Shown here piece by piece: positions 30,063 to 39,932 of a stretch of DNA of 64,000 nt. Position 1 is the first letter of the stretch; each line of letters starts with the position of its first letter. A program made the position numbers and the translations under genes. The notes beneath the pieces are model-generated. The model saw nothing but the letters and a program-made list of their open reading frames with translations. It was not told the DNA's origin and ran no database searches. This stretch comes from an uncultured delta proteobacterium (GTDB lineage Bacteria > Desulfobacterota > Binatia > Binatales > Binataceae): the NCBI GenBank assembly GCA_963842085.1, contig CAWJET010000001.1, forward strand, positions 1,568,001 to 1,632,000, in the 5' to 3' direction.

Positions 30063-30600
30063 ACCTCAGCGGTTTTGCGCGTTCTCGCTCCAGCTGAATT
30101 CAGCCGCGCGGCGCCGGCCACTAAGCTGCCTAGGGCCGGAGCTCAGGTTGACATGGCGCTCAAAGAGCAAAGCGACGGTCTGGCACGTCCATTGCTTCCC
30201 GTTGGCGGGCGGGCAGTGGTTTCCACCGCTTCGAGCCCCACCTCTTTGAACCTGCCACCCGCTTGCCACGACCGCGGTGCCGCTTGCCTGGCTCTGGCTA
30301 CGAGAAGTCCAAATTCCTCCCGGGCAGATGTCACCGAGACTGGAGCAGCGCGCCGGTACACGGCCGAGAAGATTGACCGTTCGATAGGCGGAAGACGATG
30401 ATCCGCTCGCTGATGCGAGCCGCCTCCGCTTGGGTGTGAGCAAGAGCACCACCACTTCAACCGCGCCACCGGAAATTTTTCGAGCAAGCGCCTCGAGCAC
30501 TCAAATCAGCACCTCGACGACCTTAGTGCCGCCGACGTGCAGCAATTCCAGACCAGCGCCCCAGTTTTGTGGCCGAGCAAAGCCGCCGGTTCGGCCAGAT
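30063..30600 (-). pseudogene. Degraded duplicate of the 3' part of the GT4 gene at 37939-39378
   Basis: Clear DNA similarity to about 37994-38555 (e.g. GCCGACGTGCAGCAATTCCAGACCAGCG, GTTCTCGCTCCAGCTGAAT), with frameshifts. Confidence 0.85.
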
Positions 30601-31194
30601 TTCCATCAAGACTTGGTGGATCCGCAGCCACGACTGCGTTCGCCCACGGCCGGTGCGGGAAACTTGAGCTAGGCGACACATTCTGCGCTACTTACCCTGG
30701 GTAACTTTCGCCATTAGCGGAAAGCCCTCAAGACCGTCGGTGAAGCGATTCCGTTGGGACGGCCGTAACGTCTTACTTAACGCGCTGGACACACCGAATT
30801 GATGTACTCATGTTGATTAATTTTTCCTTTAGTTCATACTGGTTGCACTGGAAATGCCATACGCGTACCGTCGGCTATGACACAAGCTAGTCGTCCGACC
30901 GGCCAGTTTCGGCGAAAGCTTGCGGGCTCCCACTCCGGGCCTGGCAAGCCGGCACACGAGGGCGGATGGCCCTGGCCCCTCGGCATTTCGCTGCGCAGCG
31001 CGCGCTTGGGTCAGCGCGTCGAACCTCAAGCAGACTCCTCGGCCATGATTTCCTTGCGACCTAAAAGACCGGTGCGATTCGCGCGAACCTGCCGGACCAT
31101 GAAAATTGCGAACTCTGCCGCGGCCGCGCGGACGATGCCTGCCATGAACCTGATTCAACCAGCAGCCGACAATTCAATTGGGCTTCGAACCGCC

Positions 31195-31671
31195 ATGGAA
31201 GCTCGGCATGGTGCCTGCGGTCTCGCACCGACATGGCCCGGACTCGTTTTCCGCCTATGGCTGTTATTCGCTGCTGAGCTGCTGATCGTCGCGGCATTAT
31301 CCATTCCAAAGGCGCTGTCATTCAACCTTTGGTTATTTGAAGATCCTAGGGCGATCCTTGCCACAAACTTTCTGATCACAAAGGGCTATCAGCCGGCGGT
31401 GGACTTTGGTTACATCCATGGTCTCTTGCCGCTTTTTTCGATGCGTGGGTGGGCGCTCTTTGGCACCGGTGCAATCTCGGCGTGCGCCGCGATGCTGGAG
31501 TCAGCCTTGCTTGCGGCATGGGGGTTCGCATGTCCTTCAGCCGGGTTGCGACTTGGTTGGCCGGGCAGAACACTGATCGTGCTGATCATACCGTTTTCCA
31601 TAATTGTCGTTCCGCCCGACGTCGTGCATATTATCGAGCCGCGCGCTAACGCTAATTGGTTAGACAATTGA
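31195..31671 (+). pseudogene. Truncated N-terminal fragment of the GT-C-like membrane family (paralog B)
   Basis: LFEDPRAIL..GYQPAVDFGYIHGLLPL..HIIEP matches the N-termini of paralogs A and C, then stops early. Start uncertain (ORF track 30877). Confidence 0.65.
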
Positions 31672-33257
31672 ACGGTGTTCTTGCTCGCCACAGGTCCGTA
31701 GACACTAGTGCGCGCCCTGATATCCACGCGTGCTCAGTATCCTGCGTCGATCGTAGCGGTGCGGTTGACCCGCGGCGGCTGTTCGGAACCTTTCTGTTTT
31801 TCACTGTCGAACTGGTGATCCTTCTGATTCTTCAGCGACCAATCCTGTTTGGTTTTGATAACTATTTGTTTCGTGACTGGGGCTCCAACTTGGTGGCACA
31901 CTACCTGGTCTCCATTGGTCTGCGGCCCAACATCGGATTTGGTTACAACTACGGTCTGCTCGGTCTGCTGTTGGGAGGTGCTTGCTTCGACTTTATCGGT
32001 CCAACACCTTATGCATGCCAGGGGGTGATGCTGCTCGGAGCGATCCTGACGGCATGGGCACTTGCTCGAATCGCCGCGTACCTTGAACTGCCCCTTTATA
32101 AGCTGGCCTTTCTGGCTGTTACGCTGCCCTTCGGTGTGCACCTTGCCTACCCGAGCTTGGGACATTCGATCGAGGCCGCGCTCGTCTCGAACGCGATAGC
32201 CGAACAACTGGCTGGCCGGAAGGCAATGGCTTTAGCACTGTGCGCGGCCGCGGTCTTTGCAATACCTAAGCTCGCCTACTTTTACGGTCTGATCTTGATA
32301 GCGCTAATCGTGGTGGAGTTCAAAAGGTCACCAAGGAACATCCTCACACAATTTGTGCCGGCTGCGGTAACGGCAATCGCGCTTGCGCTAGTGCTTGGCT
32401 GGGTGTACAGCCCAAGCGCGCTAGTTCGAACCATCCTGCCCCTACACGGGATAACCAACTATCACGCTCAGCGTAATGGCTTCTTCACTGGCACAAGCCG
32501 AAGCTTTTACTACTTTCCCGGCGTACGTATCGGCTTCTACCTTGGAGGACCTACTGGATTCTGGCTGGTGTGCACCTTCTGGCTGCTCGTCAACGGTGCA
32601 ATCTCTCTCCGTCGGCGTTTGCGCGGCCAGTTAAATCCACGCGACGAGATTGTTTTTACTTGTACTGCTCTGCAGGTCGCCTTCGTTACCGTGATGTATG
32701 GTCCGCCGGGTACGTGGATCTACTATAGCTATATCCTGGTGATTGGGGTTGCCGCGATCCGTGAAGAGCCTTTGCGGCTGTCGCATGCTGTGATCGGCGC
32801 AATGATCGTACTCTCGCTGGTAAGCAACAAGAGCGATCTGCTGGAATTAAGGCATCGATATGCGAGTATGCGAGCCACTCAGCAGTCCTTTGGCCTCTGG
32901 GCGTCCGCCGATGAAATCCGAGAATGGCAATATGTAATCGGCTTGGTACGAGGAGATCGCGTCGCCATTCTTACCGAAGCCGGAGCGGCTGCACTCTATG
33001 CTCCGGAGGCCGAGAAGCCAGTGGCATTAAACATGTTCCCAGGCTATCCCGTTGATGAGGAATTGAGTCGCGAAGTAGTAATGCTGCAAAGCGCAAAGTT
33101 CGTCCTTGCACCGATATCTTCAGTTGAAGAACTAGAAGGGCCCTCCTATGGCGGCGCTCTTAGATACTATCCCGAACTGGCGCGAGCGTTGGCAGGTGAT
33201 GATAAATTTTATAGAGGGAAGTACTTCGTCGTCTATAGGCTATCAGCGGCGCGTTAG
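31656..33257 (+). CDS. Multi-pass membrane protein, GT-C-like (family paralog C)
   Basis: LFRDWGSNL..GLRPNIGFGYNYGLL, ALALCAAAVF, WIYYSYIL and GLWAS..EW align with paralog A. True start may be slightly downstream. Confidence 0.75.
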   Translation: MVRQLNGVLARHRSVDTSARPDIHACSVSCVDRSGAVDPRRLFGTFLFFTVELVILLILQRPILFGFDNYLFRDWGSNLVAHYLVSIGLRPNIGFGYNYGLLGLLLGGACFDFIGPTPYACQGVMLLGAILTAWALARIAAYLELPLYKLAFLAVTLPFGVHLAYPSLGHSIEAALVSNAIAEQLAGRKAMALALCAAAVFAIPKLAYFYGLILIALIVVEFKRSPRNILTQFVPAAVTAIALALVLGWVYSPSALVRTILPLHGITNYHAQRNGFFTGTSRSFYYFPGVRIGFYLGGPTGFWLVCTFWLLVNGAISLRRRLRGQLNPRDEIVFTCTALQVAFVTVMYGPPGTWIYYSYILVIGVAAIREEPLRLSHAVIGAMIVLSLVSNKSDLLELRHRYASMRATQQSFGLWASADEIREWQYVIGLVRGDRVAILTEAGAAALYAPEAEKPVALNMFPGYPVDEELSREVVMLQSAKFVLAPISSVEELEGPSYGGALRYYPELARALAGDDKFYRGKYFVVYRLSAAR

Positions 33258-33260
33258 GGT

Positions 33261-33350
33261 CTGGAAGGAGAAGTCGTTGGTGAAGCTCCCGACGCCAACC
33301 GGAGAGGAGAAGAAGGCGCTGCCAGCCTCGTAGGTGCCGCCGTCGGTCAG
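33261..33350 (-). pseudogene. Out-of-frame relic of a legume-lectin domain just after the stop of the propeller gene
   Basis: LTDGGTYEAGSAFFSSPVGVGSFTNDFSFQ vs LTDGQIYEARSAFFGSPVSISAFTNNFTFQ in the 6162 gene. Confidence 0.8.
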
Positions 33351-36300
33351 GGTGGAGTGTTCACAGGCTGCAGCAGTATCTGAAGCGCCATCCAGGGCTG
33401 GCTCGAGCCGCTGGTGAAGGTGAGATCCCCGGTCGGGTTCAGAGACGTGAGCGGGCCTGCGTACCACCCCTCGTTGGAGATCCCGTCTCCCACGTCGACC
33501 TCCTGCCAGTCTTGCGTAAGTCCTTGCGGAGCTGCGTAACCAATCCCCGCGTTCATATCGAGCACCGCCGCAACCAATAGGTCTCCAACCACCGTCGGCG
33601 TCACCGACTGCGCCATTGGGTTGTTGGAATTTCCAGTGTTGTAACTGGGTGCACCGTCGAGCTGGCATTGCCAATTGCTGAAGCACTGAAGCCCGCCCGC
33701 TGACTTGGGACCGCCGCTGCCAAAACTCCATGTGTAGCTGGTCGGACTGGTGGCACACCACCCGGTCGCCGACGCTCCCGTGCCGCTGGTCGAAGTAAAT
33801 CCGAACACCTTGCTCCATCCCGCAGGCGCGACGACTGAATCGAGCCCGTCGTGCAGGATCACCGCGAGGCAGGAATTGCCCGACGCTGCTGGCGACGACG
33901 GTAGGGTCAAGGTCTGGCCGTTGTATTGAGAATTGGTCTCGGGCGGACCCGCAGCCGTTATCGCTTGCCCGGTCATCGCCACCGTCGGAGTAGCCGTCGG
34001 CGTCACCGTCGCGGTCGGTGCCGCGGTCGGCGTCGCGGTCGGCGTCGTGGTCGGTGCCGCAGTGGAGGGCGTGAGAGTGGGAGTTGCGCTGACCGACGCG
34101 GTCGGCGTGGGCGCGGTGTTCACAGGCTGCAGCAGTATCTGAAGCGCCATCCAGGGCTGGCTCGAGCCGCTGGTGAAGGTGAGATCCCCGGTCGGGTTCA
34201 GAGACGTGAGCGGGCCTGCGTACCACCCCTCGTTGGAGATCCCGTCTCCCACGTCGACCTCCTGCCAGTCTTGCGTAAGTCCTTGCGGAGCTGCGTAACC
34301 AATCCCCGCGTTCATATCGAGCACCGCCGCAACCAATAGGTCTCCAACCACCGTCGGCGTCACCGACTGCGCCATTGGGTTGTTGGAATTTCCAGTGTTG
34401 TAACTGGGTGCACCGTCGAGCTGGCATTGCCAATTGCTGAAGCACTGAAGCCCGCCCGCTGACTTGGGACCGCCGCTGCCAAAACTCCATGTGTAGCTGG
34501 TCGGACTGGTGGCACACCACCCGGTCGCCGACGCTCCCGTGCCGCTGGTCGAAGTAAATCCGAACACCTTGCTCCATCCCGCAGGCGCGACGACTGAATC
34601 GAGCCCGTCGTGCAGGATCACCGCGAGGCAGGAATTGCCCGACGCTGCTGGCGACGACGGTAGGGTCAAGCTCTGGCCGTTGTATTCGGAATTGGTCTCG
34701 GGCGGACCCGCAGCCGTTATCGCTTGCCCGGTCATCGCCACCGTCGGAGTAGCCGTCGGCGTCACCGTCGCGGTCGGTGCCGCGGTCGGCGTCGCGGTCG
34801 GCGTCGCGGTCGGCGTCGTGGTCGGTGCCGCAGTGGAGGGCGTGAGAGTGGGAGTTGCGCTGACCGACGCGGTCGGCGTGGGCGCGGTGTTCACAGGCTG
34901 CAGCAGTATCTGAAGCGCCATCCAGGGCTGGCTCGAGCCGCTGGTGAAGGTGAGATCCCCGGTCGGGTTCAGAGACGTGAGCGGGCCTGCGTACCACCCC
35001 TCGTTGGAGATCCCGTCTCCCACGTCGACCTCCTGCCAGTCTTGCGTAAGTCCTTGCGGAGCTGCGTAACCAATCCCCGCGCTCATATCGAGCACCGCCG
35101 CAACCAATAGGTCTCCAACCACCGTCGGCGTCACCGACTGCGCCATTGGGTTGTTGGAATTTCCAGTGTTGTAACTGGGTGCACCGTCGAGCTGGCATTG
35201 CCAATTGCTGAAGCACTGAAGCCCGCCCGCTGACTTGGGACCGCCGCTGCCAAAACTCCATGTGTAGCTGGTCGGACTGGTGGCACACCACCCGGTCGCC
35301 GACGCTCCCGTGCCGCTGGTCGAAGTAAATCCGAACACCTTGCTCCATCCCGCAGGCGCGACGACTGAATCGAGCCCGTCGTGCAGGATCACCGCGAGGC
35401 AGGAATTGCCCGACGCTGCTGGCGACGACGGTAGGGTCAAGGTCTGGCCGTTGTATTCGGAATTGGTCTCGGGCGGACCCGCCGCCGCTATCGCTTGCCC
35501 GGTCACCACCACCGTCGGAGTAGCCGTCGGCGTAAGCAGACCATAGACTGACAATTGGGTCTGCGTGCCAACATAGACCTTACCGTTGGCTATAGTCGGG
35601 ACTGTGAATTTGACCGGCGGGCCGAGGCTGTCGCGAACGAAGTTCTGCCCGGTGTCATACAGCTCGTTGGACAGGTTCGTAGCGTCGTAAGCGTAAAGAG
35701 TGCCCGGATTGGTTGAAGCATAGGCTGACGTATCAATAGTCCACAGTATGCCGTTTTGCGATCCATTTGCGGAAATCGAAGGTGTCGTGCCTGGCCACGC
35801 GAAAGAATGTGACGTCGACATCGTGGGTGTCGAAGACAATAGGCCATTGGAAAGGGAAAACGCCTGCACGCCCTTGCCCGCGGACCCAAAGTAGACGTTG
35901 CCTTGCCAGTAGGCTGGATTGCTGAATAGCCCGCCAATCGTCCCATCGATCTCCTGCACGACGTTATCAGTCGTGGAGCTGAACCCGCCCATACTGTCCC
36001 GATTGACCAAGTAGATGTTCCCCTGTTTTCCCGCGCTGACTAGCAAATGAGTAGGCCCGGTGGTCTGATCAGGCAGCAGCAGGACGCCGCCAGAGCCCAG
36101 GTCGGTATCGTTGGCGGCGAGGGTTGCCTGGTCGAGCGGGGTAAAAGAAGTAGCGACGGTAAAGGTGCTGGCACCCGGCGCCAGATTCAGGAATGAATCG
36201 CCGTAGTCTAGTCCCCCGGTATTGGCGTCGAAGGTGCCGTTGCCGGTGCTGACGAAGACGTTGCCATTTTGATCGGCGCCCGGACCTCCCCCGGTTTGCC

Positions 36301-37237
36301 AGATTCCTCCCTCGATGCCGTTGGGGGAGTCGTTGTAGACGTAGAGCTGCTCGAGAGTTGCCGCGTCATAACCGAGGACCCACCCGTGATAAGGCTGGTT
36401 ATCGCCATGTGAGGCCCAGGCGATGAACACGACTTTGCGCGAAACGGCGGGTTCGTCGACCAACAGCAGGGCCGAGCGTTGATTTTCGCGCAACGCATTG
36501 AAGACCACGTTCCCATTGCCGTCGGTCGGCTGGGAGCTGCCGGGAAAGGACGCCGTGATGCTGACCGGAGTAACAACGTCAATGCCGGCGGTAAGGTTGA
36601 GCGCGTGCAACTGCTGGTAGTAGGTTGGGCCGGGTTCCTTTATTTTTGCTACGACGTAAAGCGTGTTCGTGGCCGGGTCGATTACCGGAGTGCCCGTGAT
36701 TCCGATCTCGGGGACGATATCGCTGGTACCAACATCGCCATTGGGGACTGTGGAGATCTGCAGCGCAGGATTGAGAAAACTGGTTTGCCACAAGGGCGGA
36801 CCCGGCACATCGGCATCGAACGCGTACACGCTGTCATGTTCGGTCGCGACGACGATCAGGTTGTGGGTCGTGTTGTTGCTTAGCGTTACATTCGGCACGT
36901 AAAGAGGCTGGGCATAAACGAAGCCGTCCACCGGCAGTGAAAAGAGTTGACCGAACGAGGTGGTGTTGACATTGGCTGGAGTCAGGACTGTTTCGCTTAA
37001 ATCTTGTCCGCTGCGGAAGTTGTCATTGTGATGAGTCAGCACGCCCTGAAACTGAGTGGATGCCGGCTCTGTGCCGGTTGGGGAAGGGCCGTTTTGGGCG
37101 ATGACGACCGGACCCTCGCGCATAACGTCTGAGTGAAATGGTGCCCAATGCAGAAACCCGACACCGCCAGCCAAACCGACGGTAAGTAAGCTAAACGCTA
37201 AAACCCTGAACAACAAATGACGCGCCCTCCCTCGCAT
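33347..37237 (-). CDS. Secreted PQQ-like beta-propeller protein with three tandem copies of the shared ~201-aa module
   Basis: VLTHHNDNFRSG..ETVLTPANVN..FGQLFSLPVDGFVYAQPLYV, GITGTPVID, GGIWQ, DLGSGG, KFTVPTIANGKVYVGT. Probable start 37237 (ORF track 37357). PQQ binding is not demonstrated. Confidence 0.85.
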   Translation of the reverse strand: MRGRARHLLFRVLAFSLLTVGLAGGVGFLHWAPFHSDVMREGPVVIAQNGPSPTGTEPASTQFQGVLTHHNDNFRSGQDLSETVLTPANVNTTSFGQLFSLPVDGFVYAQPLYVPNVTLSNNTTHNLIVVATEHDSVYAFDADVPGPPLWQTSFLNPALQISTVPNGDVGTSDIVPEIGITGTPVIDPATNTLYVVAKIKEPGPTYYQQLHALNLTAGIDVVTPVSITASFPGSSQPTDGNGNVVFNALRENQRSALLLVDEPAVSRKVVFIAWASHGDNQPYHGWVLGYDAATLEQLYVYNDSPNGIEGGIWQTGGGPGADQNGNVFVSTGNGTFDANTGGLDYGDSFLNLAPGASTFTVATSFTPLDQATLAANDTDLGSGGVLLLPDQTTGPTHLLVSAGKQGNIYLVNRDSMGGFSSTTDNVVQEIDGTIGGLFSNPAYWQGNVYFGSAGKGVQAFSLSNGLLSSTPTMSTSHSFAWPGTTPSISANGSQNGILWTIDTSAYASTNPGTLYAYDATNLSNELYDTGQNFVRDSLGPPVKFTVPTIANGKVYVGTQTQLSVYGLLTPTATPTVVVTGQAIAAAGPPETNSEYNGQTLTLPSSPAASGNSCLAVILHDGLDSVVAPAGWSKVFGFTSTSGTGASATGWCATSPTSYTWSFGSGGPKSAGGLQCFSNWQCQLDGAPSYNTGNSNNPMAQSVTPTVVGDLLVAAVLDMSAGIGYAAPQGLTQDWQEVDVGDGISNEGWYAGPLTSLNPTGDLTFTSGSSQPWMALQILLQPVNTAPTPTASVSATPTLTPSTAAPTTTPTATPTATPTAAPTATVTPTATPTVAMTGQAITAAGPPETNSEYNGQSLTLPSSPAASGNSCLAVILHDGLDSVVAPAGWSKVFGFTSTSGTGASATGWCATSPTSYTWSFGSGGPKSAGGLQCFSNWQCQLDGAPSYNTGNSNNPMAQSVTPTVVGDLLVAAVLDMNAGIGYAAPQGLTQDWQEVDVGDGISNEGWYAGPLTSLNPTGDLTFTSGSSQPWMALQILLQPVNTAPTPTASVSATPTLTPSTAAPTTTPTATPTAAPTATVTPTATPTVAMTGQAITAAGPPETNSQYNGQTLTLPSSPAASGNSCLAVILHDGLDSVVAPAGWSKVFGFTSTSGTGASATGWCATSPTSYTWSFGSGGPKSAGGLQCFSNWQCQLDGAPSYNTGNSNNPMAQSVTPTVVGDLLVAAVLDMNAGIGYAAPQGLTQDWQEVDVGDGISNEGWYAGPLTSLNPTGDLTFTSGSSQPWMALQILLQPVNTPP
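33357..35533 (-). repeat. Tandem repeat of about 3 units (periods 759 and 771 bp): module plus Pro/Thr linker
   Basis: TCACAGGCTGCAGCAGTATC recurs at 33361, 34120 and 34891. Modules at 33365-33967, 34124-34726 and 34895-35497. Confidence 0.95.
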
Positions 37238-37424
37238 AAGGCCAACGTCTTCGAAGCGTTGAAGGAGCAGCGCGTCGCGAGTGTACGCGCAGCCCCCTCT
37301 TTGACGGCCGGTTCCATCACTGTGTCGCCGATACTTTCCAACACTGCCCCCTACCATAAGTAGACGATAGGGTACATATCTGTAACGTCAAACGCTAGGG
37401 AAAGGTGGATCTTTGTTTGCAAAC

Positions 37425-37635
37425 CGCTCGCTGCGCAGCGGCGCAAGATAGCTGCGACTCGATTGGCGGGCGGACTTCTAGAGCTGAGCAGGCGCGCGCC
37501 CGCCGGAGACATTATTGTTGGGGGCCAGCGCGGTCCAGGAGGCGAAATGGTGCTCGGTAGGCCGGCGGCTCACGTCGGTGCCGATCTCAGCGACCAGTTG
37601 CAGTGCGGCCTGCGGCCCGATGGAATGGATTTGGC
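37425..37635 (-). mobile_element. IS110-family transposase remnant
   Basis: Manual translation: IHSIGPQAALQLVAEIGTDVSRRPTEHHFASWTALAPNNNVSGG, frameshift, RLLSSRSPPANRVAAILRRCA (Transposase_20-like). Confidence 0.8.
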
Positions 37636-37938
37636 CATCGCATGACTCTGCTAATCCACCACATTTCGCTGTTCATGAAACCAGAACGGAAATACGTTCC
37701 GTACTGTCAGTAATCAGTGACCGTCTGTTACGACGATGCGTTGGGATGTTTGCGATGCGTCGTCCGTCATCAACATCTGGTTCTCGATCCGCTTCTTTGA
37801 GTGATTCGCTCGCACGTCGGTCTGAGTCCCAAACCCTCATCGATCGTATTCGTCGGAGATTCCTTTCGCATGACAAGAGAGCTCGCTGCATGTATCGATG
37901 TAATCAACACTGACCGGAGAAGTAGTTTATGCGGAATT

Positions 37939-39378
37939 CTACGGGAAGCGACCGCCTTTCTCCTGTGAGCTCGCTTGACGCATGCTCGCGTACACCTCAG
38001 CGGTTTTGCGCGCGTTCTCGCTCCAGCTGAATACGGCCGCGCGCTGCCGGCCGCTCAGCTGCCTAGCCGCCCAGTGCTCGGGCTGATTGTGGCGTTCAAG
38101 GAGCAGTGCGGCGACCTGACGGACCCACTGCTGGACGTTGCCAGGCGGGCAGTAAACTACCGCTTCGCCGCCCACCTCCTTGAACGCCGGCAGCTCGCTT
38201 GCCACGACTGGCGTGCCGCACGCCAACGACTCGACTACGGGCAGACCGAATCCCTCGCGGTCAGAAGGCAACAAAACCAGGGCAGCGCGCCGGTACACGG
38301 CCGACAAGATTGACCGTTTGATAGGCGGCAACACCTTAATCCGCTCGCCGACGCCGAGCCGCCTCGCTAGCTCTGCCTGGATGTCAGTAAGAGCACCACC
38401 CACTTGGATCAACCGCGCCTCCGGAAATTCTCCAAGCAACGCCGCGAACACTGAAATCAGCACGTCGACGCGCTTGCGCTCAGTAGTGCTGCCGACGTGC
38501 AGCAATTCCAGACCAGCGTCCCCAGTTTTGGGGCCGAGCAAAGCCGCCAGCTCGCGGTCCGCTGGTGCATCGGGTTCGGCGCTAAAGATCGGATCAACCC
38601 CGTTGTGGATGACAACCAGTCGCTCGGCCGGGACCAAGCGGTGTTCGACCAGCTCGGCTTTGGTCGCTTCGCTCACGCAGACAACGCGCGCGGCTTTGCG
38701 CAGCCCGGACAGAATGTGCTGACTCATCTTCCGGAAAATCGGGGAGCGTTTTTCGGCTGCAGGTTCGAACAGGCAACGAAAAGGATCGACGTCGTGACAA
38801 GTGATGACTATCGAATTGGCAGGCAACCGATGCGCAAGGTGGGCGTAGCTGTGATCGACAATATGGAACAAGTCGAAATTGCGGCTCGAGTTGGCGATCA
38901 CCCTTGGGTAGTACCAGAACCGATTCAGCATTCGATCAGCCTTGCGGGCGAGCCTGAGTTGGCCGATCCCCGGCAGCGCAGCGAACCTGGCGCCAAAATC
39001 CGGTCGCAGCGCGGTCACGGCAATTTCCTCGCTTGCGTTGCGCTCAAGGTTTGCGAGCAGCATCTCGGCGACCAGGTCCATGCTCGGCCACTGCTCTTCG
39101 AGCAGGTCGCAGACGATCGCGACCCGCGCAGCGCCGTCGCGGGGGTTTTGCGCTGCGGGTTGTGCGAGCCCGAGATCGAGGCTGGGCGCAAGACCTTCGG
39201 ATAGCCCCGAGCGATCGCCAGTCTCGACGACAGCACTGTTTATCATCCGATCTCCGGCTTGTGTGGCGAATTCCAGCCGCGACCGGTCGTTCGGGACTAA
39301 AGAGGCGGAAGTCGGGCGGTGATTGTCCAACTGTCCGTTCGCGCTTGGTGCGCGTGTCTTGGTTCCCCAGCGATTCAT
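37939..39378 (-). CDS. Glycosyltransferase family 4
   Basis: EEQWPSMDLVAEML, HIVDHSYAHL, VITCHD, LPSDREGFGLPVVESLACGTPVV. Start may be downstream of 39378. Confidence 0.9.
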   Translation of the reverse strand: MNRWGTKTRAPSANGQLDNHRPTSASLVPNDRSRLEFATQAGDRMINSAVVETGDRSGLSEGLAPSLDLGLAQPAAQNPRDGAARVAIVCDLLEEQWPSMDLVAEMLLANLERNASEEIAVTALRPDFGARFAALPGIGQLRLARKADRMLNRFWYYPRVIANSSRNFDLFHIVDHSYAHLAHRLPANSIVITCHDVDPFRCLFEPAAEKRSPIFRKMSQHILSGLRKAARVVCVSEATKAELVEHRLVPAERLVVIHNGVDPIFSAEPDAPADRELAALLGPKTGDAGLELLHVGSTTERKRVDVLISVFAALLGEFPEARLIQVGGALTDIQAELARRLGVGERIKVLPPIKRSILSAVYRRAALVLLPSDREGFGLPVVESLACGTPVVASELPAFKEVGGEAVVYCPPGNVQQWVRQVAALLLERHNQPEHWAARQLSGRQRAAVFSWSENARKTAEVYASMRQASSQEKGGRFP

Positions 39379-39479
39379 CTCGGGTTGCGCTTTATCCCTC
39401 GCCTCTGCTCGTCGCAGTATACCTTATACCAGATACCAGTTGGCCAGATCTGGTAGACGCTCACGGGCTGGACGACAGC

Positions 39480-39885
39480 AAACGTGTAGATGAAGCCGCG
39501 CCGTCTTCGATCGAGGTCGGTGGTTGCACAACTCTCATATACTTGACGTTCGGTCTGCGATTTTAGCTCGCGTGCGCAAAGGGAGCGCGCCTTCGCTCGT
39601 GTCGACGCCATAGACTATTGACTTCGTATTGAACCAGGATTTGGCGCTCTGGCTCGCCTTCGGCAAGCGCGGCATTGAGTTCGCGCAGGGCTAGCCAAAC
39701 CAAAGCCTCAGGGCATCTTCTGAACCCGGATCGCTCCACTGTTCGCACGCTATGCACAAGCTTTTGGAGCGCAAACTTCGACTTGATCGCCGACTTGCGC
39801 CCAGTCCGTTCGCGACCAGCTCGGTGTAGTCCGATAAGCCGCCCGGTTGCGGCGGGTATTCGCCTGTGATTATGAACCAATTCAC
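39480..39885 (-). pseudogene. Frameshifted, internally deleted GT4 glycosyltransferase
   Basis: WFIITGEYPPQPGGLSDYTELVANGL (GT4 N-terminus), then frameshifts (..GDQVEVCAP..RQILVQYE). 3' end approximate. Confidence 0.7.
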
Positions 39886-39932
39886 GGTCGACGGCGCTCC
39901 TGTTGTTTCAAGCGCAGCACTTCGGGAACTCG

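Noticed and set aside
33243-35348. 701-aa alternative-frame ORF overlapping the propeller gene
   Set aside because: Shadow frame of the GC-rich tandem repeat. Only its last ~30 codons (lectin relic) are meaningful.
37425-37935. Functional IS110 bridge-RNA recombination system driving module shuffling
   Set aside because: Only a ~200-bp frameshifted transposase fragment remains, with no RuvC-like domain or identifiable element ends.
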